Positions 50,780 through 62,148 of a DNA stretch of 64,000 nucleotides are shown here, piece by piece. Under the pieces are notes generated by a model. That model ran no database searches. It was not told the DNA's origin and saw only the letters and a program-made list of their open reading frames with translations. The DNA comes from Candidatus Latescibacterota bacterium (GTDB lineage Bacteria > Latescibacterota > UBA2968 > GCA-2709665): positions 2,560,001 to 2,624,000 of the forward strand of contig OZ244744.1 in the NCBI GenBank assembly GCA_965219455.1, given 5' to 3'. The translations under genes and the position numbers were made by a program. Position 1 is the first letter of the stretch, and every line of letters starts with the position of its first letter.

Positions 50780-53152
50780 TTATTCGCTGCGCAGTGCTTC
50801 CACGGGGTTGGCCGTCGCGGCGCGGATCGCCTGTCCACTCACAGTCAACAGCGCGATCCCCATCACCAGGCCTCCGGACGCCGCAAACATCCACCATTCG
50901 ATATTCGAGCGATAGGCGAAATCCTGCAGCCAACGGGACAGGACGTAATACGCGATCGGCGACGTGAAAACAAAAGCGATCAGCACGTGCCGGGCAAAGT
51001 CCCTGGTCAGCAGGAACACGATGTTCGCCACCGTGGCGCCCAGCACCTTGCGAATGCCAATCTCTGTTTTCCGCTTCGCAGTCGCGAAGGAAGCCAGCCC
51101 CAGGAGACCAAGGCAGGCGATGAAAATCGCGAGGCCGGAAAATACATGCACGACACGAATCATCCGTTGCTCGTTTTCGTAGAGCCGAAGATAGTCGCTG
51201 TCCAGAAAGGAATAATCGAATGGCTGATCGGGTGCGAATTTCTCCCACAAGCCTCGCACCGATGCAGCAGCGTCGGCCACGTTGCCGGGATGCAACCGAA
51301 CGACGACATAAGTACGGCCCCAGCGGAGAAAGGGAAGCACCAGTGGTTCGATCCGATGGCGAAGTGACTGGTAGTGGAAGTCCTCGACGACTCCTATGAC
51401 CTTTCCTTCACGACCCGCAAGTACCATTCGCTTACCAACCGGGTCTTTCCATCCTAGTATCGAGGCGGCCGAACGATTGATCAGGAAGGCCGTTGAATCC
51501 GAAGGGAATTCTTCAGGAGCAAAATTCCTACCCCGAATGACCTCCAGCCCCAGGGCTTCCGCGTAGTGCTCATCAACCGTCGCGAAGGCGAGAGATGTCT
51601 GTTCGTAGTTGGCCGGTTGCTCCAGCCGGAACAGCACAGAGCCGAATTCCTTTCCCGGCACGCTTTGTGCAACTGAGGCGGCGACCACGAAAGCAAGCGA
51701 TGTGAGTCGTTCTTGGAATGCGTGTGACTGCCGCCCAAGAGCCCTGGCGCCGTGTACGACAAGTACGTTTTCTCTATCGAATCCGAGTCGCTTGTGTTGT
51801 ACAAAGAGAAGCTGGTCGCGAATCACGAATACCCCGATGAGCATGCCTATCGAGACGCAGAATTGCGCCACGACGAGCCCGTTGCGCAACCGCTCTCCCC
51901 CAGGGCCCGCCGCAAGACGCCCGGTAAACACGTCCGAAGGCCGAAAGGAAGACAGCACGAGCGCGGGATACAGGCCGGCCAGCGCGGCGACCACGACGAA
52001 TACCCCGCACAGAGCCAGAGCAACCGGCGGAGAACTCAGGCTGCTCATCGCCAACTGTTTTCCCGTGAGGCTTACCAGATGGGATATTGCCAGTTCGCTG
52101 AGCCCCATCGCCAGAACGAGCGCCAGGACAAAGTGCATGGACGACTCAATGAGAAACTGGCGGACGAGTCTCCCGCGTCGTGAACCCAGCACCATTCGAA
52201 TACCAATCTCTCGAGTCCGGCTGGTTGACAACGCCGTGTGCAGATTTACGAAATTCACGCACGCCAGGAACAGAACAAGCACGGCAACCAGGGTGAAGAT
52301 ATATACGTGCGCAATCTCGCTATTCTGTTCGAGTTCGTAGTCGTACTGCGAGCGCAGGTGAATATGCGTCATCGGCTGCAAGCAGAACCGGCTGTAACCA
52401 CCCGATCGGGTAAAGCTTGCCGCCAGCCCTTGACGATTAACGTACTCTCGGAGTTTCGTTTCCACCTCGGAAGCGTTAGTCTGCTCCCTCAAAGCGACAT
52501 ATGTAAATACGGTGGCCGACCCCCATTGCGTCTTGCGTTGCTCTACAATGGGAAGCGTCCACAATGGCGCAAGAAAGTCGAATTGAAAATGGGACTGCTG
52601 AGGGAACTCTCGCACCACGCCCGTGACCCGCAGAGTCGTACCGTCGGTCAGGTTCAGCGGCTGACCCAGCGGGTCCTGACCCCGGAAGTATCGCCGCGCC
52701 GTCTGTACGGTAATCACAACAGAATCGGGGTCCCGAAGCGCGGTCATCGGATCTCCTGATATAAAACGCACGGTAAACACGTCGAAGAAGCCCGTCTCCA
52801 CGTAAAAAAAGCGGGGCTCGTTTGCGCGCGTCTGTCCGACCCGAAGCGTGCGCCGTTCCCGGCGCATGCGCACGGTGCGCTCCACTTCAGGAAAGCTGGA
52901 CAGCGCTTCAGCTACCGGAACAGGACTCAACGGCGGCGTCCACGCGTTGTCTCCGAACTGCCCGTCCCAGAGGACGCGATGGATTCTGTCCGCCTTCTCG
53001 TGAAACCTGTCGTAGCTGACTTCGTCCAATACGAGCATCAGAACCAACAGACAACACGCAAGCCCGACGGCCAGACCCACCACGTTGATCGCGGCATACA
53101 GCGGATGCCGCAGCAGATTTCGCCAGGCTATCGTGACGTAATTCCAGAACAT
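50780..53152 (-). CDS. ABC transporter permease, duplicated MacB_PCD/FtsX type
   Basis: MFWNYVTIAWRN, ACVNFVNL, VIGVVEDFHYQSL, EIGIRKVLGA, ANPVEALRSE. Confidence 0.95.
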   Translation of the reverse strand: MFWNYVTIAWRNLLRHPLYAAINVVGLAVGLACCLLVLMLVLDEVSYDRFHEKADRIHRVLWDGQFGDNAWTPPLSPVPVAEALSSFPEVERTVRMRRERRTLRVGQTRANEPRFFYVETGFFDVFTVRFISGDPMTALRDPDSVVITVQTARRYFRGQDPLGQPLNLTDGTTLRVTGVVREFPQQSHFQFDFLAPLWTLPIVEQRKTQWGSATVFTYVALREQTNASEVETKLREYVNRQGLAASFTRSGGYSRFCLQPMTHIHLRSQYDYELEQNSEIAHVYIFTLVAVLVLFLACVNFVNLHTALSTSRTREIGIRMVLGSRRGRLVRQFLIESSMHFVLALVLAMGLSELAISHLVSLTGKQLAMSSLSSPPVALALCGVFVVVAALAGLYPALVLSSFRPSDVFTGRLAAGPGGERLRNGLVVAQFCVSIGMLIGVFVIRDQLLFVQHKRLGFDRENVLVVHGARALGRQSHAFQERLTSLAFVVAASVAQSVPGKEFGSVLFRLEQPANYEQTSLAFATVDEHYAEALGLEVIRGRNFAPEEFPSDSTAFLINRSAASILGWKDPVGKRMVLAGREGKVIGVVEDFHYQSLRHRIEPLVLPFLRWGRTYVVVRLHPGNVADAAASVRGLWEKFAPDQPFDYSFLDSDYLRLYENEQRMIRVVHVFSGLAIFIACLGLLGLASFATAKRKTEIGIRKVLGATVANIVFLLTRDFARHVLIAFVFTSPIAYYVLSRWLQDFAYRSNIEWWMFAASGGLVMGIALLTVSGQAIRAATANPVEALRSE

Positions 53153-53388
53153 CGCCTTAATCCCGTTTGATTGCAATCTACAAAAACCACGTGGGTACGT
53201 TTGGCAGGACCGCGAAAACCAAACAACGCTGCAGAAAACATTGTACTTGACCCTGTTTCCCGCGGATAGGCCGTACTCTTATCGAGGATTCTTCTCGCCG
53301 TTTTATCTCCCAATACCAGGCCCCGCGCTTCCGTCGCCCCAATCGATGAGGCAGCTTGAACCGGCCGCCAGAGAAAGTGTGCCGTGCG

Positions 53389-55736
53389 CTAATCGTACCG
53401 CAAAGCATCTACTGGATTTGCAGTTGCGGCTTTGAACGCCTGGGTAGTAGCTGTGAACAACACCATGGCGAATGTCAGGAATCCACCTAACACAAACACC
53501 TGTGGTCCGATATTAATCCTATATGCGAAATCTTGAAGCCAATGGCTTATGGTGAAGTAAGCCATCGGCCAGCCGACTAGATTAGCCAGGACCAATAGCT
53601 TCATGAAATCTTTCGAAAACAGTAAGACCGTGTTCAGGGTTGACGCCCCCAGGGCCTTCCGAATACCTACCTCCTTTGTGCGTCGAACTACAGCGAGGGC
53701 TGTCAACCCGAAGGCCCCCAGGCAAGCGATGAAGATTGCAAAAAGGGCCGAATACCCCACAATTTGTCCCCAACGCTGGTCCGACCTGTAGAGTCTGTCT
53801 ACATGTTCATCCAGGAATTCAAAGTCGAAAGGCAGATTCGGTACAACCTGATGCCATTTGTTTTTCAAGAGCTCAATGGTCGCCGCAATTTCGTCTGCAC
53901 GTATCTTGACAAACATGTAGGATGGAGTCGATGTGAGAGAAAATGCCACGGGTTCAATCGGAAGATGGAGGGATTGATAATGGAAGTCCTTAACCACACC
54001 GATAATGGTCTGATCCGTAAAAGCTCCCTTCATTTGTTCAGAGGCGCCTAAACCAAATGTCTGCATCCAGGTCTCATTAACCACGACCCCCTCGACACCA
54101 GATTCGTCTGAGAAACCCCTCCCTGAGACCAGTTCAATCCCCATAAAATCGAAGTACCCATGGTCAACCTGGTACATCCCGAAACTTACCTTTTCATCCT
54201 TGTAGGTAGTCGTATATCTTCTTAGTCCCCAGCCAAGGAGATCCGATGCACCAGAGATCTCCAAAATACCCTCGTGCTGGACCAACTCATTCTTGAATCC
54301 TTCCATAACCCCGGCTCTGTCGAGTTTCGATAAGGGCATAACCAGGACAGGCTCACCGTGAGATCCCAGGCTTTTAGTCTTTAAGAACTCGACCTGTTCA
54401 AACACAAGGATGGCACTGATGATAAAAAAGATGGACAAAGAATATTGAGTAATTATAAGAGTCTGAACCAAAACGCCGGTTCCACTGATCCGCGGTGTTT
54501 TTTTCAGTACCTCTACAGGTTGGTAACGCGACAATTCAGCAGCGGGATACCCCCCGGTGGCCAAACTTACCAGGAACATGAGTCCAGCCAGGATCCCTGC
54601 AGTCCATCCATCCATTTCGAATTCGAACGGTGGTGTCATTTGGACCAGATCGTTGAAATTCGGTAAAAACAGTTCTGCTATTGCAAATCCCAGCAACAGT
54701 GCTACAAAACTCAGTATAAGGGACTCACTCCAAAACTGCACCACGACCTGGGTTCTTGAAGCGCCTGCTACTTTGCGCACACCCACTTCTTTGGCACGAA
54801 CCACAGACCGGCTTATGGAGAGGTTCGCGAAATTGACACATGCGATCAATAGGACCAGTAGCGCAATTCCAGTTAGAACGTAGGAATAGACCGGATTACT
54901 CGCCGGCTCTGGTCCGTAGAGGACATAGTTGGCGTGGTGAACGTCGGTAAGTCTCTGGAGACGCAATATCCATCTTTCTGGATCCCCCAGAATTTTTCCA
55001 CTATCGCGGGGAATTTTGCTTCAACCTCGGAGGGAAGGGCCGTCTCCGCCAACCGTACATAGACTGTATGGCCGTAAATGTGCGTGGACCTGCTGCGGAT
55101 GTCTACTTCCAAAATGTCTATCAGCCGTTCGTATGGTAGAAGACAGTCGAATCGAATGCTGGAGTTCGCCGGTATGCGATGGGCCACACCTGTCACGAGA
55201 AAATCGTGAAACTGGCTGCCCGAGCCAAGAATCGCAATCTGTTTACCCACCGGATTTTCGTTGCAAAAAAACTTCCTCGCCACCTCCTCCCCCAATACGA
55301 CTGAATTCTTATTCCGAAGGGCCGTACTTTGATCGCCCACTCTGAGCGGAAAGCTGAGAATATCGAACAGGGAAGCATCAGCAAAGAGAAGATCCTGCTC
55401 AAACATCCTCTCCCCGACCCTCATCCATTTCCTGCTTGCCTTCAGCCTGACCGTATGGACTATTTCCGGGACATTCTCAGCTAATACGGGTGCCAAAGGT
55501 GGATTCTGGGTAACAAAGTACCGAAGGTCTCCGTCCGGCTCCTTCCAACCTATATAAAGTCGGTAAATGGAATTCACGTGTTTGTGGAAGGTATCGTAAG
55601 ACCACTCGTGACGCACATAAAGGAACGCCAGCAGACAGAACGCAATCGCGATGCCCAGACCCACCACGTTGATCGCGGCATAAAGCGGGTGCCGCAGCAG
55701 ATTCCGCCAGGCCACCTTGAGATAATTCCAGAACAT
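53389..55736 (-). pseudogene. ABC permease split by a 1-bp frameshift in a G run at 54984-54988
   Basis: Adding one G gives KFWGDPERWILRLQRLTDVH and fuses ORFs 54873-55739 and 53389-54966 into a full-length paralogue. Confidence 0.85.
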
Positions 55737-55829
55737 CAATCGATACCTCGCGAATTGAATTCTTCAAGGACAGTTCGTTGTCCCGCGCCGGCGAATCAGC
55801 CGCGATACGGATCCGCTATTCGTGCGCCC

Positions 55830-56053
55830 CACTGTCATGCTAAGGAGGCCGAACGGCTGATGATGTATCCGCGCCAATGTGTTTACGTGGGTATCTGCCT
55901 TTCGAACAATCGAGTAGACGGGAGATTCTTCGACTCCGCTCAGAATGACATGCTTTGCAATAACCGTTGACGAAAACTGTCGGTCAAGTGTCGGTACAAA
56001 CTGTCATCCTGAGGAAGCCGATGCGAGGGTGGGGCAGACATTCCTGTCTGCCC
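55830..56053. repeat. Intergenic palindromic repeat module
   Basis: TGTCATGCT..GAGATTCTTCGACTCCGCTCAGAATGACA..TGTCATCCTGAGGAAGCC and GGGGCAGACATTCCTGTCTGCCC. Confidence 0.8.
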
Positions 56054-56057
56054 TTCA

Positions 56058-58442
56058 TCACTCATACCGCAGCGCGTCGACGGGATTCGCGCGGGCTGCT
56101 TTGAGCGTCTCATAGCTTACGGTAATCAGCGCAATGCATAGCGCCAGCAAGCCCCCAAGGACAAACGTCGAGATGGCCAGATCAACCCGGTAGGCGAAAT
56201 TCTCCAACCAACGGTCCATCGCGTAATAGGCAATCGGCCAGGCGACCAGATTGGCAACACCGACAAGCAGGACATATTCTCTGGACAAGAGCAAGACAAT
56301 ACTGCAAACAGATGCCCCCACTGCCTTCCGGACACCGATTTCCTTTGTGCGTTGTTGCACGGAAAGAGAAACCAGGCCAAACAGTCCAAGACCGGCTATA
56401 AGAATCGCAAGCAACGAGAAACTGCCAAATAGAACCCCCAGCCTAGCTTCCGATCGGTATAGCTGATCAAAAGACACATCCAGGAATGAATATTCAAACG
56501 GCGCACCTGAAGACACCTCACGCCATTGTGCCTTCAAAAAAGCGAGTGTGCCTGCGACATCGTCGGGGCGGATCCGGACGGAGATGTAGTTTGTCCAGCC
56601 CCCTTCGACTAACATGATAACGAGCGGTTCAATAACGTGATGGAGGGACTTGTAATGAAAGTCCTTCACAACGCCCACGACGTCACCTTGAACGTTTAAC
56701 TTGAATTCGCCGTTTTCCGCAAAGACATGAGCGAACTTTTGATTAGCGCGCGACGTCCATCCCAATTTCCTCATAGCCGCATGATTCAGAATAAATGTGC
56801 CATGTCGATCAACATCCTCCGAGAATACTCTCCCATCCAGAAGTTCAAAACCAAAGGTCTCGATGAACTCGTGATCTACAAACATCACATTCATTACCAA
56901 TGGTTCTTTGTGCGTAGCGTCCGTAAGCGGGCGGAAATAATGGCTGGCAATCTCCCGCCCAGGCACGGTCGAAGAAGCAGACACATTCAACACGGTACTA
57001 TGCGTTGACACTGTGTTTCTAAAACGCTCCGTTACATCGCTATTTCCGTACGGCACCATGATGACATGGTCAGGCCGAAATCCAAGTCGCTTGTTTCGAA
57101 TGTAACCGGCCTGGTCATTAACCACTCCGGTCCCAACTATCAGTATGGTCGAGACGGCAAATTGAACAATCACAAGCGTCTTTTGCAGGCTTGTTTTTTT
57201 TGGAACGGCGTCCGAAACACCCCCTAACGCACCGACCGGTTGAAAGGAGGACAGAAACAGGGCGGGATAGCTTCCGGACAGCACACCGGCAAACAGCAAT
57301 ACTGCTATTAGAACCAGCAAAATATCCCGGCTTTTCAGGTAATTAACAACCAGGTCGCGTTCCACAAAGGCGCCGAATGAGGGCAGCAGAATCTCAACCA
57401 ACACGACAGCGACAACAAGGGCAATTAAGGCCAGTAATATCGCCTCTCCGAAAAACTGAAAAATCAGCTGCCCTCGATACGCGCCGGCCACTTTTCGCAT
57501 ACCGACCTCTTTCGACCGATACGCCGAGCGGGCGGTCGAAAGGTTCGCGAAATTGATACACGCAAGCAGTAAAACAAAAGCGGCAATGACGAGAAATAGG
57601 TAGACATATCGAATATCTCCGTGCTGGCCGATCTCAAACTCCAGACCGGAATGTAGATGAATATCGGCTAACGGCTGCAGAAACGGTTTCAACTGAATAC
57701 CTGCCGTCTCGATTCTGGCCCCAATGTGTCGCTCTACGAAATCCGGCAGCTGCATTTCCAACAAGGCGGCAGACGCGTTGTCTTGCAAGAGCAGATAAGT
57801 ATGATAACTTTGAGCGATCCAATCATCACCGTGACGTTCGATCGGCGATGCCAGAAAATCGAAGCGCAAATGGGAATTATAGATGGGGTTTTCCAGGATG
57901 CCGGTTACCTTAAACAACTTTCGGTCCACCGAGAGGGTCCGCCCCATCGGATTGTCGTCGCCGAAATACTTCCGAGCCATTTCTGCAGTCAGCACAATGG
58001 AATACGGATCCTGAAGCGCCGTATGAGGATCTCCCTTGCTCAGTGGAAAATCAAAGACCCGGAAGACATTCCAATCCGTGAAAAACACGCCCTGTTCGTA
58101 AAAGAAATCCTCCTTTGTTCCAACCAGTGTCTTTCCGAAGACTTTCCGGAAGAACCGCACGGCGTCCACAACGACCGGATAATCCTGGACGAGTGCCGGA
58201 CCCATCCGGAACGACGTAATCGCAACACGATGCGTTTTCCCGCTCACACGAAGCTCATTGGCAAGCCGGAAGATTCGATCCGCGTTTTCGTGGTGCCGAT
58301 CATAGCTCAGATCATCCTGAACGTAGAGTAGGATAAGCATGCAGCACGCCATGCCGATTGCAAGTCCGAGGATATTTATCGCCGAAAAGCTCTTGTTCCT
58401 CATCAGGTTGCGAGCGGCAACTTTCAGGTAGTTTGCGATCAC
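56058..58442 (-). CDS. ABC transporter permease, duplicated MacB_PCD/FtsX type
   Basis: MIANYLKVAARN, ACINFANLSTARS, RTKEIGVRKAVGA, ANPVDALRYE. Confidence 0.95.
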   Translation of the reverse strand: MIANYLKVAARNLMRNKSFSAINILGLAIGMACCMLILLYVQDDLSYDRHHENADRIFRLANELRVSGKTHRVAITSFRMGPALVQDYPVVVDAVRFFRKVFGKTLVGTKEDFFYEQGVFFTDWNVFRVFDFPLSKGDPHTALQDPYSIVLTAEMARKYFGDDNPMGRTLSVDRKLFKVTGILENPIYNSHLRFDFLASPIERHGDDWIAQSYHTYLLLQDNASAALLEMQLPDFVERHIGARIETAGIQLKPFLQPLADIHLHSGLEFEIGQHGDIRYVYLFLVIAAFVLLLACINFANLSTARSAYRSKEVGMRKVAGAYRGQLIFQFFGEAILLALIALVVAVVLVEILLPSFGAFVERDLVVNYLKSRDILLVLIAVLLFAGVLSGSYPALFLSSFQPVGALGGVSDAVPKKTSLQKTLVIVQFAVSTILIVGTGVVNDQAGYIRNKRLGFRPDHVIMVPYGNSDVTERFRNTVSTHSTVLNVSASSTVPGREIASHYFRPLTDATHKEPLVMNVMFVDHEFIETFGFELLDGRVFSEDVDRHGTFILNHAAMRKLGWTSRANQKFAHVFAENGEFKLNVQGDVVGVVKDFHYKSLHHVIEPLVIMLVEGGWTNYISVRIRPDDVAGTLAFLKAQWREVSSGAPFEYSFLDVSFDQLYRSEARLGVLFGSFSLLAILIAGLGLFGLVSLSVQQRTKEIGVRKAVGASVCSIVLLLSREYVLLVGVANLVAWPIAYYAMDRWLENFAYRVDLAISTFVLGGLLALCIALITVSYETLKAARANPVDALRYE

Positions 58443-58469
58443 TTATGGCCACCTCCTTTGTTTTCCCTG

Positions 58470-58975
58470 GCGCGGCTTCGCTCAGAATGACAGCACCGCC
58501 GATCACCATCGGCGAAACGTATCCGTCACCCACTCGCCAAACCTGTCATCCTGAGGAGGCCGCCAGACGGCGAAGCCTCCGCGCATATGGGCTGGTGAAG
58601 GCTTCCGCTGCACGTCAATCCGAGTAGACGGGAGATTCTTCGACTGCGCTCAGAATGACAACCTGGGCGATGAACATCCACGAAACGCATCCGTTACGCC
58701 CTCGCCAAACATGTCATCCTGAGGAGGCCGCCAGGCCGACGAAGGATCTACTGCGGCATTGGATCATCCCCACGCGATTTGCACGTGTCAATACCTGAGA
58801 GGCAGCACGGCCGCCTCCTGCGTGGAACGGCAGTAGACGGGAGATTCTTCGCTGCGCTCAGAATGACAGGTCGACCGATCAGCATTCGCGAAATGCGTCC
58901 GTCACACGTGCGCACAAACTGTCATGCTCAGGAAGCCAGTGTGAAGGTGGGGCGGACATTCCTGTCTGCCCGCCC
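58470..58975. repeat. Intergenic palindromic repeat module
   Basis: Three GCTCAGAATGACA, three TGTCAT(C/G)CT arms, terminal GGGGCGGACATTCCTGTCTGCCC. Confidence 0.82.
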
Positions 58976-61360
58976 TTACTCATACCGCAGCGCGTCCACG
59001 GGATTTGCCCTGGATGCTTTGAGCGTCTCATAGCTCACGGTGAGAAGCGCAATGCACAACGACAGCAATCCGCCAAGGACAAACGTCGAAATCGCCGGAT
59101 CAACCCGGTAGGCGAAATTCTCCAGCCACCGGTTCATCGCATAGTAGGCGACTGGCCAGGCAATCAAATTGGCAGCCCCCACAAGCAGGACATATTCTTT
59201 GGACAAAAGCAAAACGATACTGGAAACAGATGCCCCCACCGCCTTCCGGACACCGATTTCCTTGGTACGTTGTTGCACACTGATAGACGCCAGGCCAAAC
59301 AGACCAAGGCCTGCCACGACAATCGCCAGGACGGAGAAACTGCCGAATAGCATGCCCAACCGGGCTTCCGTCCGGTATAGCCGGTCGAATGACGTATCCA
59401 GGAACGAATAGTCAAACGGCGTATTCGGTACGGCCTCGCGCCATTGGGTTTCTAGAAAATCCAGCGTGCCGGCAATGTCGTCCGGGCGTATCCGGATGGA
59501 AAGGTAGTCTCTTGTCCACCCCCCGCCCATCATGATCACAAGCGGTTCAATCTGATGATGGAGAGACTTGTAATGAAAGTCCTTCACAACCCCCACCACG
59601 TCTCCCTGCAGTCCCGCTCTCATTTCAGCACCTTCTCCATAGACGTCCATTCCAAACTGTCTATTCGCACAGGAAGTCCACCCTAAATTCCTCATCGCTG
59701 CTTGATTCAGCATAAATGCTCCCTTGCGATCGCTTGCAACGTCATCCGACAATGCCCTTCCCTCCAATACTTCAATGCCAAACGTCTCGATAAACCCGTG
59801 ATCCACGTACATCACGTTCATCAGCACAGCATCTTTGTATGCGCCATCCGTGACGGGGGAAAACACATTGGCGGGCATCACCCCGCCTGGTACAGTCGAA
59901 GAGGCTGTTACATTCAGTACGGCGCTGTGTGCCGACACTCTATTTCGGTAGCGTCGCTCCGGCTCGCCGCCGCCGTTCGGCATGACAACGATATGTTCCT
60001 TTCGAAATCCAAGACGCCTGTTTCGAATATAATCTGCCTGGTCATAGACCAGACCGGTCCCAATGACCAGAATGACGGATATTGCGAATTGGACAATAAT
60101 AAGCGTCTTTCGCATAGCAGATTGTTTCGAACCGGCGTCCATCACCCCTTTAAATACCAGGACCGGTTTAAGCGCTGAGAGAAAAAACGCTGGATAGCTC
60201 CCGGAGAACAAGCCAGTAAACAGCGCAATGCCGATCAAAGCCAACAAGACGTTCCGGCTTTTCAGGTAGTCGATGACCAGGTCGCGTTCGACAAAGGCTT
60301 CAAATGAGGGAAGCAGGATCTCCACCATCACACAGGCGATAACAATGGCAATTGAAGCCAGCAATGTCGATTCGCCCAAAAACTGACCGATCAACTCGCC
60401 CCGGTTTGCGCCGACCACTTTCCGCAGCCCGATCTCCTTTGAGCGGTTCTCCGAGCGGGCGGTCGAAAGGTTCATAAAATTGATACACGCGAGCATTAAT
60501 ACAATAAACGCGATAACCAGAAAGAGATAGATATACCGGATATCCCCGTTGGGACTGATTTCAAAATCCAGGTGTGAATGAAGATGAATATCGGTCACAG
60601 GCTGCAGAAAGAGTTTCAAATGTATACCCGCAGCTTCGATTTCTGCTCCGAGGTGCCTGTCGATGAAACCCGGCAACTTCGTTTCGACCTCGTCGGCAGC
60701 CTGCGTGGACTGCAGGAGCAGATAGGTATAGAAGTCTATGCTGAGCCAGCCCTTGCTGATGTTTAGCGATGCGAGAAAGTCGAATTGTAAATGCGATCTG
60801 TGTTTTGAGTTCCTCAACACACCCGTAATCTTATACGTATTGCCGCCCAACGAAAGCGTCCGCCCCATCGGATCCTCGTCTCCGAAATATTTCCGAGCCA
60901 TCGCTTCCGTCAAGACAATGGAATTGGGTTCCTGGAGTGCGGTTTGAGGATCTCCCTTGCTCAGGGGAAAATCGAAGACCTGGAAGACGTTTGCATCCAC
61001 AAACAGGACGCCTCTTTCGTAGAAATGACGCTGCTGATTTGCAACAAGCGTCTTTTCATCTTTCAGGTGAAACCTGACCGCGTCTTCTACTGACGGAAAT
61101 TCTTGAACGAGAGTTGAACCCATCGGGAATGATGTAAGGGCGAACCGACCGGGCGCACCTTCCGATTGTATCTCTGCGGCAAGCCTGTAGATCCGGTGCG
61201 CGTTTTCGTGGTGCCGGTCATAGCTCAGATCATCCTGAACGTAGAGTAGGATAAGCATGCAGCACGCCATGCCGATTGCAAGACCAAGGATGTTGATCGC
61301 CGAAAAGGTCTTGTTCCTTATCAGGTTGCGAATGGCGACTTTCAGGTAATTCGCGATCAC
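58976..61360 (-). CDS. ABC transporter permease, duplicated MacB_PCD/FtsX type
   Basis: GTG start VIANYLKVAIRN by homology to 58442, with GAGGTG RBS; ACINFMNLSTARS; ANPVDALRYE. Confidence 0.95.
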   Translation of the reverse strand: MIANYLKVAIRNLIRNKTFSAINILGLAIGMACCMLILLYVQDDLSYDRHHENAHRIYRLAAEIQSEGAPGRFALTSFPMGSTLVQEFPSVEDAVRFHLKDEKTLVANQQRHFYERGVLFVDANVFQVFDFPLSKGDPQTALQEPNSIVLTEAMARKYFGDEDPMGRTLSLGGNTYKITGVLRNSKHRSHLQFDFLASLNISKGWLSIDFYTYLLLQSTQAADEVETKLPGFIDRHLGAEIEAAGIHLKLFLQPVTDIHLHSHLDFEISPNGDIRYIYLFLVIAFIVLMLACINFMNLSTARSENRSKEIGLRKVVGANRGELIGQFLGESTLLASIAIVIACVMVEILLPSFEAFVERDLVIDYLKSRNVLLALIGIALFTGLFSGSYPAFFLSALKPVLVFKGVMDAGSKQSAMRKTLIIVQFAISVILVIGTGLVYDQADYIRNRRLGFRKEHIVVMPNGGGEPERRYRNRVSAHSAVLNVTASSTVPGGVMPANVFSPVTDGAYKDAVLMNVMYVDHGFIETFGIEVLEGRALSDDVASDRKGAFMLNQAAMRNLGWTSCANRQFGMDVYGEGAEMRAGLQGDVVGVVKDFHYKSLHHQIEPLVIMMGGGWTRDYLSIRIRPDDIAGTLDFLETQWREAVPNTPFDYSFLDTSFDRLYRTEARLGMLFGSFSVLAIVVAGLGLFGLASISVQQRTKEIGVRKAVGASVSSIVLLLSKEYVLLVGAANLIAWPVAYYAMNRWLENFAYRVDPAISTFVLGGLLSLCIALLTVSYETLKASRANPVDALRYE

Positions 61361-61454
61361 GTCGGGACACCTCGTGCGTCTTCCGTGGCGCGGCTTCGTT
61401 AGGCTCAGCCCCAACAAAAACTGTATGGCGCTAATATACACCGTTGGATCATCC

Positions 61455-62147
61455 GCGAAATGCGTCCGTCACACGTGCACCCACACCGTCATGTTCAGGA
61501 AGCCGTCTGGCCAACGAAGCGTCCGCGCAAATGGGCTGGTGAAAGGCTTCCGCTGCACGTCCAATCCAGAAGACGAGAGATTCTTCGCTGCGCTCAGAAT
61601 GACAGGTGGCCGGTCATCATCACTGATATGTTCCGGTCACACGTGCGCCCACACTGTCTTGCTGTGGCTGCCGCCAAGCAAACCAAGCGTCCGCGCAAAT
61701 GGGCCGGTGAAGGCTTCCGCTGCACGTCTATTCGAGAAGACGGGAGATTCTTCGACTCCGCTCAGAATGACATGCTTTGCAATAACCATTGGCGAAAACT
61801 GTCGGTCAAGTGTCGGTACAAACTGTCATCCTGAGGAAGCCCTGTCTGCCGTGCCCGGCACAGGCAGGCGCCAGGCTGACGAAGGATCTACTGCGGCATT
61901 GAATCATCCCCGCGCGATTTGCACGTGTCAATACCTGAGAGGCAGCACGGCCGCCTCCTGCGTAGAACGGCAGTAGCGAGAGATTCTTCGACTTCGCTCA
62001 GAATGACATGACTTTCAATAGGCATCGTCGAAATGCGCCTGCCTGCGCGGCGCACCGCGCTGCAGGCAGGTCCGTCGCTCGCCGGCTCTGGCTGTCATGC
62101 TGAGGAAGCGGGTGTGAAGGTGGGGCGGACATTCCTGTCTGCCCGCC
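61455..62147. repeat. Intergenic palindromic repeat module
   Basis: GAGATTCTTCG..GCTCAGAATGACA three times; ~130 bp block shared with 58737-58868; terminal GGGGCGGACATTCCTGTCTGCCC. Confidence 0.82.
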
Positions 62148-62148
62148 C

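Noticed and set aside
47405-62147. Integron attC cassette array
   Set aside because: No integrase, and no consistent RYYYAAC...GTTRRRY boxes; the repeats look like REP-type palindromes.
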